64,000 nt of DNA, taken from Eledone cirrhosa. Its lineage: Eukaryota. The translations under genes were made by a program, and so were the position numbers. Numbering within the stretch: the stretch's first letter is position 1; each line of letters starts with the position of its first letter. The stretch is taken from NCBI GenBank assembly GCA_964016885.1, contig OZ024742.1:259408001-259472000 (forward strand), given 5' to 3'. Below are positions 39,689-53,239 of the stretch, in pieces. The notes under the pieces were generated by a model. That model saw only the letters and a program-made list of their open reading frames with translations. It did not search any database and was not told the origin of the DNA.

Positions 39689-40278
39689 CGAAAGAGTAAA
39701 AGGAAATCAACAGACCATAACATGCAGTATAATTAAGACATGTATCCCTTTAACTATTGATATAATTGGAAAATAGTTTTAAAGTTTCAGGTGTTAATCT
39801 TTCATCAGAATATAGAATGAGAAATAAAGATAAAATAGAAAGATAGAGGAGACTGCGAAGAACAAGAAACGGAAATGGTTATTTTTGGAGAAAAACACAC
39901 GTTGTCGGATCTCTTTATATATAGGCGCAGCAAATCGGCAGAGTCGTTAGAATGATTCGCAATATTCGTTCCACATCTATGAACTCCCAATTTTCATCAC
40001 GCTGAGGGCAACTTTGCTCTTCATCTCTTCGTGGTCGATAAATGTATCACCAGTTCAATACTAGAATCGATTCTTCCTCTTTCGCTCTTTCGTATTACCA
40101 CTCTTCTCTTATTCTCCTAGACGCTCTTTCTTTCCTTCTTGTCTGGATTGACTCTCCGGGTTTAAAATGTCCACAACATGCTGTATGACATAATCATGTG
40201 TCACGATCTCGTCATAAGTTAAAGGCATATGCCTCGACACACACTCTCACATACACATACACCCCATTCCCCAGCCCC

Positions 40279-40640
40279 CCGGTTGCAGCGTTTTTTGAAA
40301 TATTCACTTCTGCGTTCACAGATTGACTTTGTTAGTTTCAGAAGATCGCGTTAAGTATGAAAGCAGCGATTCTTTGCTTAAACTTTAATCTGTTATTTTA
40401 ATAAATATATATATATATTATTTATGAATATTTCAAAAAACGTTGCAACCGGCTGCAACGATGTTGAAATATTCACTTCTGCGTTCACAGATTGACTTTG
40501 TTAGTTTCAGAAGATCCTGTTAAGGATGAAAGCAGCGATTCTTTGCTTAGACTTTAATCTATTATTTTGATAAATATTTTGTCTACGGTTCTATTTGATA
40601 TATATTTATCCTTATCGAGCCCTCTTTTGATTTTAGTCTT
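40279..40640 (+). mobile_element. Tandem 169-bp repeat with HHR-like motif (CAGAAGA core) and internal inversion
   Basis: Motifs at 40334-40384 and 40503-40553. 40426-40452 is the reverse complement of 40279-40305. Confidence 0.7.
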
Positions 40641-40655
40641 CAAATTTATTATTAT

Positions 40656-40751
<96 letters not shown>

Positions 40752-40820
40752 AGCGAATTTCAACCGTTGAGGTTGTCTTTTTTCCGGGTATGTCAATATT
40801 TATTTATAAAACAAATCTGC

Positions 40821-40883
40821 ATTTTATCTGATGAAAGCGCACCATAATTACCTTGGTTGCCCTTGAAATATATATAATAAAAT
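40821..40883 (+). ncRNA. Type I hammerhead ribozyme (intact core)
   Basis: ATTTTAT-CTGATGA-stem II AAG.GCA.CA/TGG.TGC.CTT-GAA-ATATATAT-A-ATAAAAT, inside the 40755-40927 repeat between (TA)n tracts. Confidence 0.82.
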
Positions 40884-40922
40884 AATTATGGTTTTATAAA
40901 TATAGTTTCCATTTATTAATAT

Positions 40923-40959
<37 letters not shown>

Positions 40960-41165
40960 TTTGAATTTGTTTAGCAAGATTCTTTATCTGAAAACGTGTG
41001 TTGAAACCGATATTTTTATACTTTGGGAGGGTCATGTTGCCAATAAGAAACACACGCACCAGTTGCTTTCACTTCAATTTATTATAAATTAAATTCATAA
41101 ATTTAGGAATTTATAAATTTGCGGTTGGTTGGTTGGTTCCACAACCAGATGATTGTTCATATATT

Positions 41166-41208
41166 GTCAAAGTTCTTTCGTCACACATTCTGTGACCTCC
41201 TCAGTGAC
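41166..41208 (-). ncRNA. Minimal type I hammerhead ribozyme
   Basis: GTCA-CTGAGGA-g-GTCACA gaatg TGTGAC-GAAAGAACTT-TGAC. Confidence 0.72.
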
Positions 41209-41455
41209 TGGGGATTCTTTTCTTTGTTTTTGTGCTTCTCTTTTGTTCTGTCGTACGCCATCTTGTTTGTGTGTGTGCTGTGTGCTTAGTTTGCGCATGT
41301 GTTACATCCGGGTGTCTGTGTGTTTATATTTGTTTATTTATTTGTTTATTTACATGTTACTGGTTGGTTGTTTGTTCTATGTGTGTGTGTGTTTTTATTT
41401 TGTCCTTAATTATAAGTTGTGATGTTGCTGTTCCATTCATGTTTTCTATTTAATT

Positions 41456-42220
41456 ATAGAGAGACACATACAACACTTCATCCACCGTATGCAGTTCTCT
41501 GGTTACAATCATAGAGATAAAATCAGAGTATATAGAGGAGCCAGAACCAAATGGGAAAAAATGGTAAATAATGATACAAATCGGACCTCCCCCTTGTATA
41601 GGAGCAAATTTTGGAATAGAATAGAAAGAACTAGGAATAAGGTTAATAGAATAAACTCATGGTATGATAGCAATAAATACCATAGTATAATGTTCATCGA
41701 TACAACCCCTAGAGGTGAATTAGCTTAAAAATTTAGAAGGGCCCTAGATAAACATAAACTCAATATTAAGATAGTAGAAAGACCAGGTACCTCCATAAAA
41801 GCACTTATTAGCAATACATACCCTTTTCAAAGACCTCCCTGTATAGATAAGAAATGTATAATCTGTAAATTAAGCCCCCATATTAACTGTAAAACTAGAA
41901 ATGTAGTATATAGCATAAGATGTACTGAAGGACAATGTAGAGATAAGAATATAGTGTACATATGTGAGACAGCTAGTAGTTAAGGGAAATGGATAAATGA
42001 ACACAGGCGAGAGCTTCAAGATAGTAAAGAATCATCTGTACTCCACCAACATGCTAAAATAGAACATAAGGGTAAATTAGAGAACATAGAAATAAAAATA
42101 GAATCTACACACAGAAAAGACGCAATGCTTAGACAAATCACAGAGGCAATAAACATAAATGAACTCCAACCAAAATTAAATAGAAAACATGAATGGAATA
42201 ACATCACAACTTACAATTAA
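41456..42220 (+). pseudogene. Penelope-like RT thumb/linker + GIY-YIG endonuclease with in-frame stops
   Basis: MQFSGY.., FIDTTPRGELA*, IKIVERPG, CIICK..CKTRNVVYSIRC..YICET.., EH..SVLHQH..RQITEA..LNRKHEW. Confidence 0.88.
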
Positions 42221-42421
42221 GGACAAAATAAAAACACACACACACACATAGAACAAACACCCAACCAGTAACATTTAAATAAACAAATAAATAAACAAAT
42301 ATAAACACACACAGGCACCCGGATGTAACACATGCGCAAACTAAGCACACAACACACACAAAAATAAGATGGCGTAGGACAGAACAAAGGAGAGGCACAA
42401 AAACAAAGAAAAGAATCCCCA

Positions 42422-42463
42422 GTCACTGAAGAGGTCACAGAATGTGTGACGAAAGAACTTTAC
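42422..42463 (+). ncRNA. Minimal hammerhead (sense copy, stem I has a 1-nt deletion)
   Basis: GTCA-CTGAAGA-g-GTCACA..TGTGAC-GAAAGAACTT-TAC. Confidence 0.62.
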
Positions 42464-42684
42464 AATATATGAACAATCATCTGGTTGTGGAACCAACCAA
42501 CCAACCGGAAATTTATAAATTCCTAAATTTATAAATTTAATTTATAATAAATTGAAGTGAAAGCAACTGGTGCGTGTGTTTCTTATTGGCAACATGACCC
42601 TCCCAAAGTATAAACAATATATATATATATATAGATAGATATAGATATATATATATATATATATATATAGATAGATATATAGAT

Positions 42685-43211
42685 ATATATGAAGTTGTAT
42701 TCATGTCTCTCTGTCTGTCTGTATGCATGTCTGTTTGTTTATTTGTTTGTTCACGAACGACTCCTATGGTTTTGGAGATAGACCCCCATAACCATATATA
42801 TTCTGAAACTACATTTCCCAGGGTACTTGGATAATTATATTTCATTTTAATCAAAGGGTTCCCCGGAGGGCACTAACCTCCGCGGAAAATGGTTTCCCTT
42901 CGATTTATATGAAATTTAAACCATAGGTAAATGACAAGATATGATGTCTATTCACAAAAGTTTTGAATTGATATTTTTAAAAAAATTATTTACAAGAAAC
43001 AAAATCAGAATAAGATTTAATAATGTCATTTTGATTTGATATATTACAAAAACTAATGTTTTCCAATTTTTCATGCATTACATTTTACGTTGAGTAATAT
43101 TGAAATGCAGAGTTTTTCTCCATAAATTATATCATTGATTTAAAATCAATCATCATTTTCTTACCCCAAAAAAATGTGTGAAACTCAGCAAGGCGCGGGT
43201 AATTCGGCTAG

Positions 43212-43212
<1 letters not shown>
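42685..43212 (+). mobile_element. Helitron-like non-autonomous element
   Basis: 5' region with (CTGT)n microsatellite. 3' end CAGCAAGGCGCGGGTAATTCGGCTAG|T. Confidence 0.55.
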
Positions 43213-43308
<96 letters not shown>

Positions 43309-43317
43309 GAGTGTATG

Positions 43318-43352
<35 letters not shown>

Positions 43353-43410
43353 GAAGAGAGAGAGGTGGCAGAGAGAGATGTATGTATATATATATATAAA
43401 TATATATATG

Positions 43411-43508
<98 letters not shown>

Positions 43509-43525
43509 ACACACACGCACACACA

Positions 43526-43562
<37 letters not shown>

Positions 43563-44007
43563 CGAGAGAAAAAGAATTAGGATTATGGTAAATTTGACGT
43601 CATTCGTTCTTCGTGCATTGAATACCCTCATTGGTATATGAACATATGCCAAATACAATTCAAAATTTTCTTCTTCACCTTCACCTATTGCATGTCTCTA
43701 GAATGTTCTCTTCAACATATTATTCTTACTCATTCTATTGCTGCTGGAATTACAGTTTCCCTTTTTTTTTCCTCTGTTAGAAATTTCTTCCCTTCGGTTA
43801 TTTGCTTCTTTCGCGTGATTAATTCCCCGATTTAACGGGAAGTCAGGTGGAAAGGATTGCAGTGATCAGATCACAAAAACAAATACTGCCAGCTGTGTTT
43901 TTCATACTGAATACAAATGACTTTAAGTGAGATTATCATTAATTTAATGTTGTTCTTTGAGAAGACAAATAGTAGCTGTGAGTGATTTAGAGATGCAGAA
44001 AGAAAGC

Positions 44008-44050
<43 letters not shown>

Positions 44051-44901
44051 TCCCTTACCTGTTTCAGCCACCGGGCTGAGACCATGCTGGAGTGCCACCG
44101 TGGTAGGTGCAGTTTATATAACTGTTGTTGCTTGGTCTTTCATTGATGACTTTTGGAGTTGAGGTCGTTGCCCTTGTTTGTGTTTATGCCCTTGTTTGTG
44201 CTGTAGACTCCTATGGTATCTTAGGCTATTTAAACCCCCTCCTTATAGATTTCTCATAGTAAAATTGTTATTTCAGCAGATAAATGGGAGCAGTGTGTGA
44301 TTTAGAAAGGTAGAGAGAGTGGCCGAGAAAGAGAGAGAAAGGGAGAGAAATTGAAACGGAAAGATCAAGAGAGAGATGGTGTGGAGAAGGAGTAATGATA
44401 GACAGACAAGTATAGAGAATGAAGTAGAGAGAGAGAGAGGCAGAAATAATACATTACATAGATAGAATTAAGTGTGAAGACATGTGGTTTAATATTTAGA
44501 TTGTTCGTGTCCCGATCTGAAAGTAGTCGGGAGTTCAATTCCCGACGGGGTATTGTGTAGTTAAGGGAAATATTTTATTTCACGTTGTTCTATCCAATTT
44601 GATTGAGAAAATACATTGTAACATTAATTGAATGAGTCACTTTTGTTACGCACCGAGACAAGTGGACTATCGAGGAAAATTGTGCTAAGATTATATGTGT
44701 CAATGTAATGTTGAGCTACTATCACCTTAATTTCACCAGCAAATACTTGTGTGGGTCGAACGACTGGGTAAATCGTCGTAGGAACCGACGACGATCGAAC
44801 ACACACACACACAGACGACGGTCAAACACACACATACACACACACACACACACAGACGACGGTCGAACACACACACAGACGACGGTCGAACACACACACA
44901 C

Positions 44902-45035
44902 AAAGATTTCTGCAGGATTTCTATTTAGCGTCAAATGAAATGAACCTCCCTCCATTTTTTTCCGTGTGCAGCTTTACAATATTTACTATTTACGTAACAC
45001 TACTCAACCACTTTGATTAACTTGCTGTGTACACA
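44902..45035 (+). repeat. ~130-bp direct repeat (partner 46478-46605)
   Basis: Near-identical sequence about 1.58 kb apart, each copy followed by (CA)n. Confidence 0.9.
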
Positions 45036-45047
45036 CACACACACACG

Positions 45048-45134
<87 letters not shown>

Positions 45135-45494
45135 ACACGCACACACTCACTCACAACTAGCGTCAAATCTAATGAAGGGTGAAAAACCATAAAGATCACA
45201 CGCAACAGGAAAATATAACTGCGAGGCATGTTCTCAAATATGGAAAACAAAGAGTTTGTATAGAGGCATTTTCTCTGTTTCCATTGCTACAGGTATTTCA
45301 ATAAAAATATAAAATGCACAAACTTTGCTTGTATGAAATAGTGAAGATTTAAAAGTAACAAGAGGACTGCGGCTATTTTATTTAACTTTAAATTACGTTT
45401 GAAATAATAACTCTATATTTCAACATATCCTTGAATGCTGTGCTCCAGCATGGCAAGGTTGTGACATTTAATACATAATCACATAGGGAACATC

Positions 45495-45800
45495 AGATAG
45501 ATAGGTGGATGGATAGATAGGTAGGAAGGTAGAAAGGTAAGTAAGTAGGTATGTAGGTAGGTAAGTAAGTAGGTAGGTAGGTAGGTAGGTAGGTAGGTAG
45601 GTAGGTAGGTAGGTAGGTAGGTAGGTAGGTAGTTAGGTAGGCAGGTACGTAGGTAGGTAGGTAGGTAGGTAGGTAGGTAGGTAGGTAGGTAGGTAGGTAG
45701 GTAGGTAGGTAGGTAGGTAGGTAGGTATGCAGGTACGTAGGTAAGTAGATAGTTATGTAGGTAGGCAAGTATGTAGGTAGGTAGTTATGTGGGTAGGTAG
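45495..45800. repeat. (GGTA)n microsatellite
   Basis: Directly visible. Confidence 0.95.
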
Positions 45801-46658
45801 AGAGAGAGATTATTCTAAGTATGAGTAAACTCCGCACTACAGAAGGATTCAAGATGTAATCACCTCCATCTCCTCAGATGCATTGGAGAATACACCTGTA
45901 TGTGTGTCTATGATTGTGTGTATGTGTGTATGCGTGTATGTATGTATGTATACAGAAGTGTGTGTTTTAAAAACTAGTGAACATGAAACAAACATTAAGT
46001 GAATTAGGAGTCAGTTCGTGTAAGGAGAATGTAAAATATATTTTCTGAATTAACGGATGGCAATTACTTCCAAGTGGTATACACAACAGATACAGTCGTA
46101 TATCTTCCACACATTAGTATACATATATATATAAAATCATACATAGCACTTCTGTATTAAATTCTACTCGGAATATCAAGCAATGGATATTCTCAAGATT
46201 TGTTAGCTTGGATTTAGTGACAAATGCTTTGATTACTCCTATAACATAATAAACACTTCGTAGCTATGTTGTCAAGAAAATGACTAACCACCTCTCTTTC
46301 CCAATCTCGCTCTCCTTTATCTTTATCGAATCTAATATTCGCCAGCCTAATATTGGTATATTTTCTCTCTATGAAACCCAGCAACATCATGTATTAGGGA
46401 CTCGTGTAGGCAACCATATCCTCATGCAATAGAACCGATCTGTAGAATTGTCATCCAATTAATAAGAACATCAAGCAAAGATTTCTGCAGGATTTCTATT
46501 TAGCGTCAACTGAAATGGACCTCCATTTTTTTTCCGTGTGCAGCTTTACAATATTTACTATTTACGTAACACTACTCAACCACTTTGATAACTTGCTGTG
46601 TATACACACACACACACACACACACTCACACAAACGCGCGCGCACATAAGTATGTATG

Positions 46659-46704
<46 letters not shown>

Positions 46705-46716
<12 letters not shown>

Positions 46717-46988
46717 CTGAGGATGTCTGTATGTGTGTGTGTGAGAACCACCAAACCGACTGTTTTCAAACTTTACACATATAATACTTATGTTTCAGGG
46801 AGTGTTCTGAGCTAAAGAAATTTCAAATTTTCAATGCCCTAGGGACTGCATTAAGCGATTTAGCGATCTCTCTCTATAATTCTTAGTCTTTCTCTTTTTA
46901 GATAGATACATACATATAACGTCGCGCCCTTATTAATATCTGTCTGTATGTCTGTCTGTCTGCATTACGTCACTTCCCTGAGGATGTC

Positions 46989-47028
<40 letters not shown>

Positions 47029-47031
47029 CGC

Positions 47032-47090
<59 letters not shown>

Positions 47091-47653
47091 TTGGAATCCC
47101 TAAATCTCGAGAAGTACCCAACCGACGTTTTTCAAACTTTACATGTTTGAAAAATTCAACTTTTTGGTTCCCTAGGGCCTGTATTAGTTGAAAAACTGCG
47201 TTTTTCCAGGTTTTTAGGGGGTTTTTGAGTCGTTACGTCAGACTGATTTCCTTGAAATTGTAACTATGTATTAGTCAGTCTCTTCTTCATACCGTGAGCA
47301 AAGAAAATTCAACTTTTTTTATGGTCTAGGGCCCGCATTAGGTGAAAAACTTTATTTTTTCAGCTTTTTAGGGCTTTTTTGAGGCGTTACGTCTAGCCGA
47401 TTTTCCCGAAATTTCAAGGCATATTATGCACATTAAAAAAATTCATTTTCTTGATCCCCTAGGGCCCGCATTGGGTGAAAACCTGCATTTTTCCTGCTTC
47501 ATCGAGGAAAATCTTTAAAATTATCCAGCCATCAGAGTATTCGGTTTGTTTTCTTTATATATTGTCCTCGCATGCAGTTTTTCCACGATAAGGTCTGTTG
47601 GCAGCCCGCGTTCAATAATACCTTATCACGTGCCACGCCGGGTACCACTGCTA

Positions 47654-47655
<2 letters not shown>
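46705..47655 (+). mobile_element. Non-autonomous Helitron-like element
   Basis: Homologue of 24895-25797. Ends CACGTGCCACGCCGGGTACCACTGCTAG|T. Confidence 0.75.
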
Positions 47656-47693
<38 letters not shown>

Positions 47694-47748
47694 AAAAATA
47701 TGAAATCGAAAATGCAGCTGGAGTCTTTTTAAGAATATTTATTTGGTT

Positions 47749-47786
47749 CCTCTACCGGTTTCGCAGTTCTTATACTTTTCAAAAGT
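47749..47786 (-). ncRNA. Possible minimal hammerhead, U3-A8 variant
   Basis: On the minus strand: CTT-TTGAAAA-GTA taagaac TGC-GAA-ACCGGT palindrome-A-GAG. Island between (TA)n tracts. Confidence 0.5.
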
Positions 47787-47824
47787 AGAATTGAGATGGA
47801 AGGTTTGTGGTTTTCTCGCATCTG

Positions 47825-47889
<65 letters not shown>

Positions 47890-49411
47890 TGTGTGTGTGT
47901 AACGCAAGTGAGAAATAACTATAAGATTTTATGAAATACGTACAGACACACAGGTATCTGTAGATTTGTACACACATTAAAAAAAAATCTATTTCCTCGG
48001 AAAATTAAACATTATCACAGAAAGGCAAGTACAAACTCGAATCAATATATTCGCAGTTCTTTTTTCTATATTATGGGTATTTTCATTAATATCATTTTTA
48101 CATTTACCTAGTTATGTGTTTGAGCAAAATCCTTCTACTGAAACATTTGTAAGAATTAAGAATTAATGTAAAATCATATTTATATAATTTTAAGATGTTA
48201 TATATATATAGATATATGTATTAAATATTATATAACATGTGTATACGCGTGTGCGCGCGCATGTCTGTGTGTGTGTGTGTGCGTGCGAGTGTGTGATTTT
48301 AAAGAAAATCTGAAAATGCATGTGCATAATGTGCATGATATTCAACGCTAATTGATGTATAAATGCTGTGTGTATGCGCATGTGTACATATGTGTGTATG
48401 TGTATGCATATGTATATCTATATATATATATATATGTATATGTATGTATATGTATCTATGTATATATATATGTATGTATATATATGTACGCATATGTATG
48501 TATATGTATGCATATGTAAGTATATGTATATATATATATATATCTATATATAAGAACCACATATATATAATGATATATAAGATGTGCAATTAGGTAGATT
48601 ATTCAATCGGATACACTGGGAAGTAGATTTAGAATAAGCGATCGGATATATGTATTTAGATTGTGTACGTTTATATACAATGTTACAATGGCTGTGAGCA
48701 TAATATTTCACTTAGTTCTCGCTAGGTGTCTCTCTAATATATCTTCCTTCCCATACATCAAATGTGAGCCTTTATAATTCTCTATCTCTTCTATTATCAT
48801 CATATACACCATTGTCTTCAACTGAAAATTTTTTTCTTTTTTGATTTTTGATACATTTTCACTCTTTTTTCCTTCTTCTCTTTCTTCCATCTTTCACACA
48901 CACACATACACAGTCTCTCTCTCCCTCTCTCTCTCACTCCCTCTCTCTCTCACTCCCTCTCTCTCTTGCCTTTTCTATGTTTGTTTCGCCTGTTGTAACT
49001 CTTTCTATCTCCTTTACTCTGTATTTCTCTCTTTCTTCTCTCTAACACATTTTCTTAATACTCCCTAAAAACCTCAATCTATCTATGTTATGCAAGTAAT
49101 CTCCTTTTACCTTTCTCTCTCTCTTTCTCTGTTCTTCAGTCTTTCTCTCCCTACTCCCTCTCTCGATCTCGATCTTCCTTTCACCTCCTCTCTCACCACC
49201 TCCTCTCTCACCCTCTCTCTCTCTCTTACCGTCTCTCTCGCCCTCTCACCCTCTCACCCTCTCTCTTTCCCTCTCTCCCCCTCACTCTCTCTCAGACACA
49301 CCCCTTCTTTCTCTCTACTTTCCTTTCACTTTCTCCTCCTCTGGTCCTCCTCTCTCACCCCTCACACTCCTCCACCTCACTCCTCTCTCTCTCTCTATCT
49401 ATCTATCTAGC

Positions 49412-49442
<31 letters not shown>

Positions 49443-51228
49443 CTCTCTCCTGGAAACATAATACCACGCTTGAAATAATTAACTGATTCAATAAAACAGT
49501 CGCCTCTAAATTCACACAAATAAATCCAATTTGATAATTTTTGCGATAAAGAAAATTGAATTTTTATCCCGATAATTCGATTAGAAATTCTGCTTCGGAA
49601 ACCAACTGTAGCCTTTGAAGTGCGTTTCCTGATGCAAGTACATCTTCAGAGATTAACAAAAACAATACGCATCTGATGCATTTTTCTCTTTTGTTTTCTT
49701 CTTTAACAAATCTTTTTCAATTATATTACTACACATGAGCTTTGGAGAAGACTATTTAGAATGGCTTTAGTGTTGTCGTTTGTATTTTTTGTGCTGCTGT
49801 GAGCAATGAGATTTTTTACAAGCATGTGTGATTGTGCGTGTAGGTATATATTTCAGAGAAAATGTATGGGTATGGGTATTAATACGTCCATCGATGGTTT
49901 TCGTAAAGAAAAATGTATATGGAGAATAAATTGCATGTCTCCCTGCGGTTCTGTATCTACATATTTCTATTGTAGAATAACTATATGGTGTAGTTAGGAT
50001 ACGGTGGTGAATTCACAGACTCGTTATGGTGACAGATTAAATGTTATGGTATTTGTTCCGGCTCATTGTGTTCTGCGTTAAAATCTAAGGTCAATTTTCG
50101 AAGCCCTTTGAGGTAGTTGAAGTACTTGTCGAATACTAGGGTCGATTTTTCCTCTACATTTCTTTATCAATTCCTTTCTCTCACACTCTCTCATTCTCTG
50201 TAAGAAATCGACTCTGTTCAAACCCGAAGAAAGATAGGCTGCGACTTCTTTAAAATGCCCATGCTATGTCGTGTATCAGGATGTCACTCCTATGACTTCA
50301 TCAGGTGCTACTAGTATTTTTCTTCCTTTACTATCTTTAGAGTCTTTCGTAGTTATTACTCTCTCTTGTATGTATGTGTTTGTGTGTATTTGTATCTGTA
50401 TGAATGTATGTATGTGTTGATGTGAGTATGAATGTACTTACATAGTGATGTGTGTAAATGTATGCGATCAACAGTTGCCTTTGTTGATTTTCTAATTCCA
50501 GTTTTGTGCCTCTTGTGTTCAAATCTCGGGGAAGTCCTTTCGGGGTCGATAAAGAATATCTCTGCCCACTGCTGGCACAGACCTTTCTCCTTCCAGCTAT
50601 CACATCATGTAAGGGACGGTTAAGAAGATATTTGTTCTTACTCACTACTGCATGGACACGTACATTTCTTAGCGAATAGATAGACAAAGTTACTAAATAA
50701 TACGTGATTGATCCTCACAGCTGTAGCAGTAGTTTTATATGACGATGTATCCCTGTAGGAAAGGCCGACTGATTCAAAATTTCGCCGTGCAGTCATGATG
50801 GAAGGGCTTATATCACAGAATGTAGTATCTATAATTGAAAGCAGAGGCCGTGATACATAGTATGTGTAGTTAGAGAAGCATATAGTTTTATGTACACATA
50901 TATGGAAAAAACATATAATATTTTGGAAACACAATAAGTTTTAAGGTGGAAAAATTAAAATTTCTTACGGTGCCGTTTCATAGTTTTTAGAACCGGATTG
51001 AAAATCAATATATATATATATATATATATATTTAATGAAACTCGGATGAAGTTTTTTTACCTGTTTTTATTGATGATCGACCTGTACGTAACAGGAACTT
51101 ATCAAGAAAAACATATCAAAGACACCTCGTCGATTTTTTTCTTTAATATATACACACTGCCTATGTAACGATTGCTCATATTTGTACCAGAACTGAATGT
51201 CCTGAATGATCTATATATATATATATGA

Positions 51229-51291
<63 letters not shown>

Positions 51292-51744
51292 CTATATATC
51301 TATGTGTATGTATGTGTAGAAAACTGTACAGTGCATGTGGATCTGAAATAACTAGGTAACAAGTTGGAGGGGAATTATGAGAGATGAGATAAAACGCAAA
51401 AATGTAGGAGAGAAATGAAAGAACAATGACTGATTTTCACCTAATGAATATGAAAGAACAAGTAAATATTGGAAACAGAAAACGTTTATTGGTTTATTGG
51501 TTTTGATTTGGTTCAATTAAAAACCATGTACCCCGGGAATATTTTCTAACCGTTCGTATTATATCATTGTTTCAACTTGGGAAATCATGAGGAGGTTTTT
51601 CTTTTCACAGAATCTTCTATCTAAATAACCATCATTACATTCTTTATATGTTTGTGTCAAGTCGCTGCAGATGATAAGGCTGATTTTATAGTTATTGAGA
51701 CTTTTCTTATCATTAATTTCGGATACAAAAATGACTGTGAAGAG

Positions 51745-51940
51745 GCCTAGCTTAGTGGTGAAGTGTTTGTCTCACGATCGTAAATTCGTGAGTTCGATAC
51801 CCAACGACACCTTATGCACTAGAACAAGACATTTTATTTCACATTACTCCTCTGCAACAGAAAAGAAATTGTACCCCTTATTATGATAAGGGGACACTTT
51901 TCTGTGGAATGCTCAGCCACTTACACGTTATTTTGACGAA
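51745..51940 (+). mobile_element. tRNA-derived SINE, family B (degenerate)
   Basis: GGCCTAGCTTAGTGGTGAAG..CACGATCGTAAATTCGTGAGTTCGATACCC tRNA-like head, plus 3' GGAATGCTCAGCCACTTACACGTTA domain. Confidence 0.7.
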
Positions 51941-51969
51941 GGTCCTACATCGCACACACATATATATAT

Positions 51970-52153
51970 AATTGTTTCTATTTTAGGCACAAGGCTAGCA
52001 ATTATCCAGTGCATTACTGGTACTTTATTTTATCGACCCCGTAAGGATGAAAGGCAAAGTAAACCTCGGCGGGATTTGAACTCAGACCGTAAAGGGACGT
52101 AACTATGCTGGAAAACATGGCGTCCGACTCTCTACCGATACTGCCAATCCACC
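51970..52153 (-). mobile_element. tRNA-derived SINE, family A
   Basis: Reverse-complement full copy. Confidence 0.88.
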
Positions 52154-52283
52154 ATATATATATAATATTACGTACTGACACACTGTATTTTACATCGTGG
52201 TTCATGATTACTTTGTAAGAGTTTTTTTTTTTCTTTTGCTCTGTAATCGTTATTTCTCAGTGACGCACTCTCTCTCTCTCTCA

Positions 52284-52342
<59 letters not shown>

Positions 52343-52449
52343 TCCCTCTCTGTGTATATAATATATATATATATATATTTGCATTTATCCATCTAATCAA
52401 TATTTGTCATTGAAAGTTCACAAAGTCATGCGACTATCCTATGTCCCCT

Positions 52450-52501
<52 letters not shown>

Positions 52502-52893
52502 CATGTGCATGTGTGTGTGTGTGTTAGCTTCCTGTATTAATTTACATATTTTTCTATATAAGTATTATTACATCTGCTCTTTCTTGATCAATATTTACAA
52601 AACTAATGGAAACACTTCATATGTAAAGGATTTACTAAAGGCAGTAAGTGGTCGGTTCACACATAAATCGATTGTCGTATATTTGTTCTCTATGAACAGC
52701 TAAGACATGTATAAAACAGTTTTGGATTTTTAAACTCCAGGGATTAGGGTGAGCAATTGGCTAAACCGCTAGAAAATCGGATTGAACGGTTCGTAGTATT
52801 CGTTCCGACTCTATGTAACCTGAATTGAAATAACGCCGACCTGAACTTCTCCCTTTCGAGGTTGATGATTGAATTAATATACCCCCTCTCTCA

Positions 52894-52949
<56 letters not shown>

Positions 52950-53239
52950 CTATCTATCTATCTCCCCCTTGCTCTCACACACACACACACTCACACACTC
53001 TCTCTCAGTCACACACACACACACACACATTCTCTCTCTCACTCTCTCGCTCCCTCTCTCTCAAAAATCGGCAGTCTTCAGGCACGAAGAGTAATGGTTT
53101 CTTGCCCAGAACAGACTCAATATTACTACGACGTCCCTACGATCTAGGGTTCACTTTTCCTTTGTATTGATACAATATTTCCTTTCTCATTGCTGTGTTC
53201 ATTTATTATATTTTATTTGTGGTAGTCATGTATTTGAAC

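Larger units (their letters stand above)
41015..42616 (+). mobile_element. 5'-truncated Penelope-like element with ~440-bp inverted repeats
   Basis: 41015-41454 is the reverse complement of ~42175-42616. The centre encodes a GIY-YIG remnant. An HHR is present in each repeat. Confidence 0.9.

Noticed and set aside
50255-50312. Minus-strand CTGATGA with GTCA/TGAC stem
   Set aside because: No GAAA or closing stems at the proper spacing.
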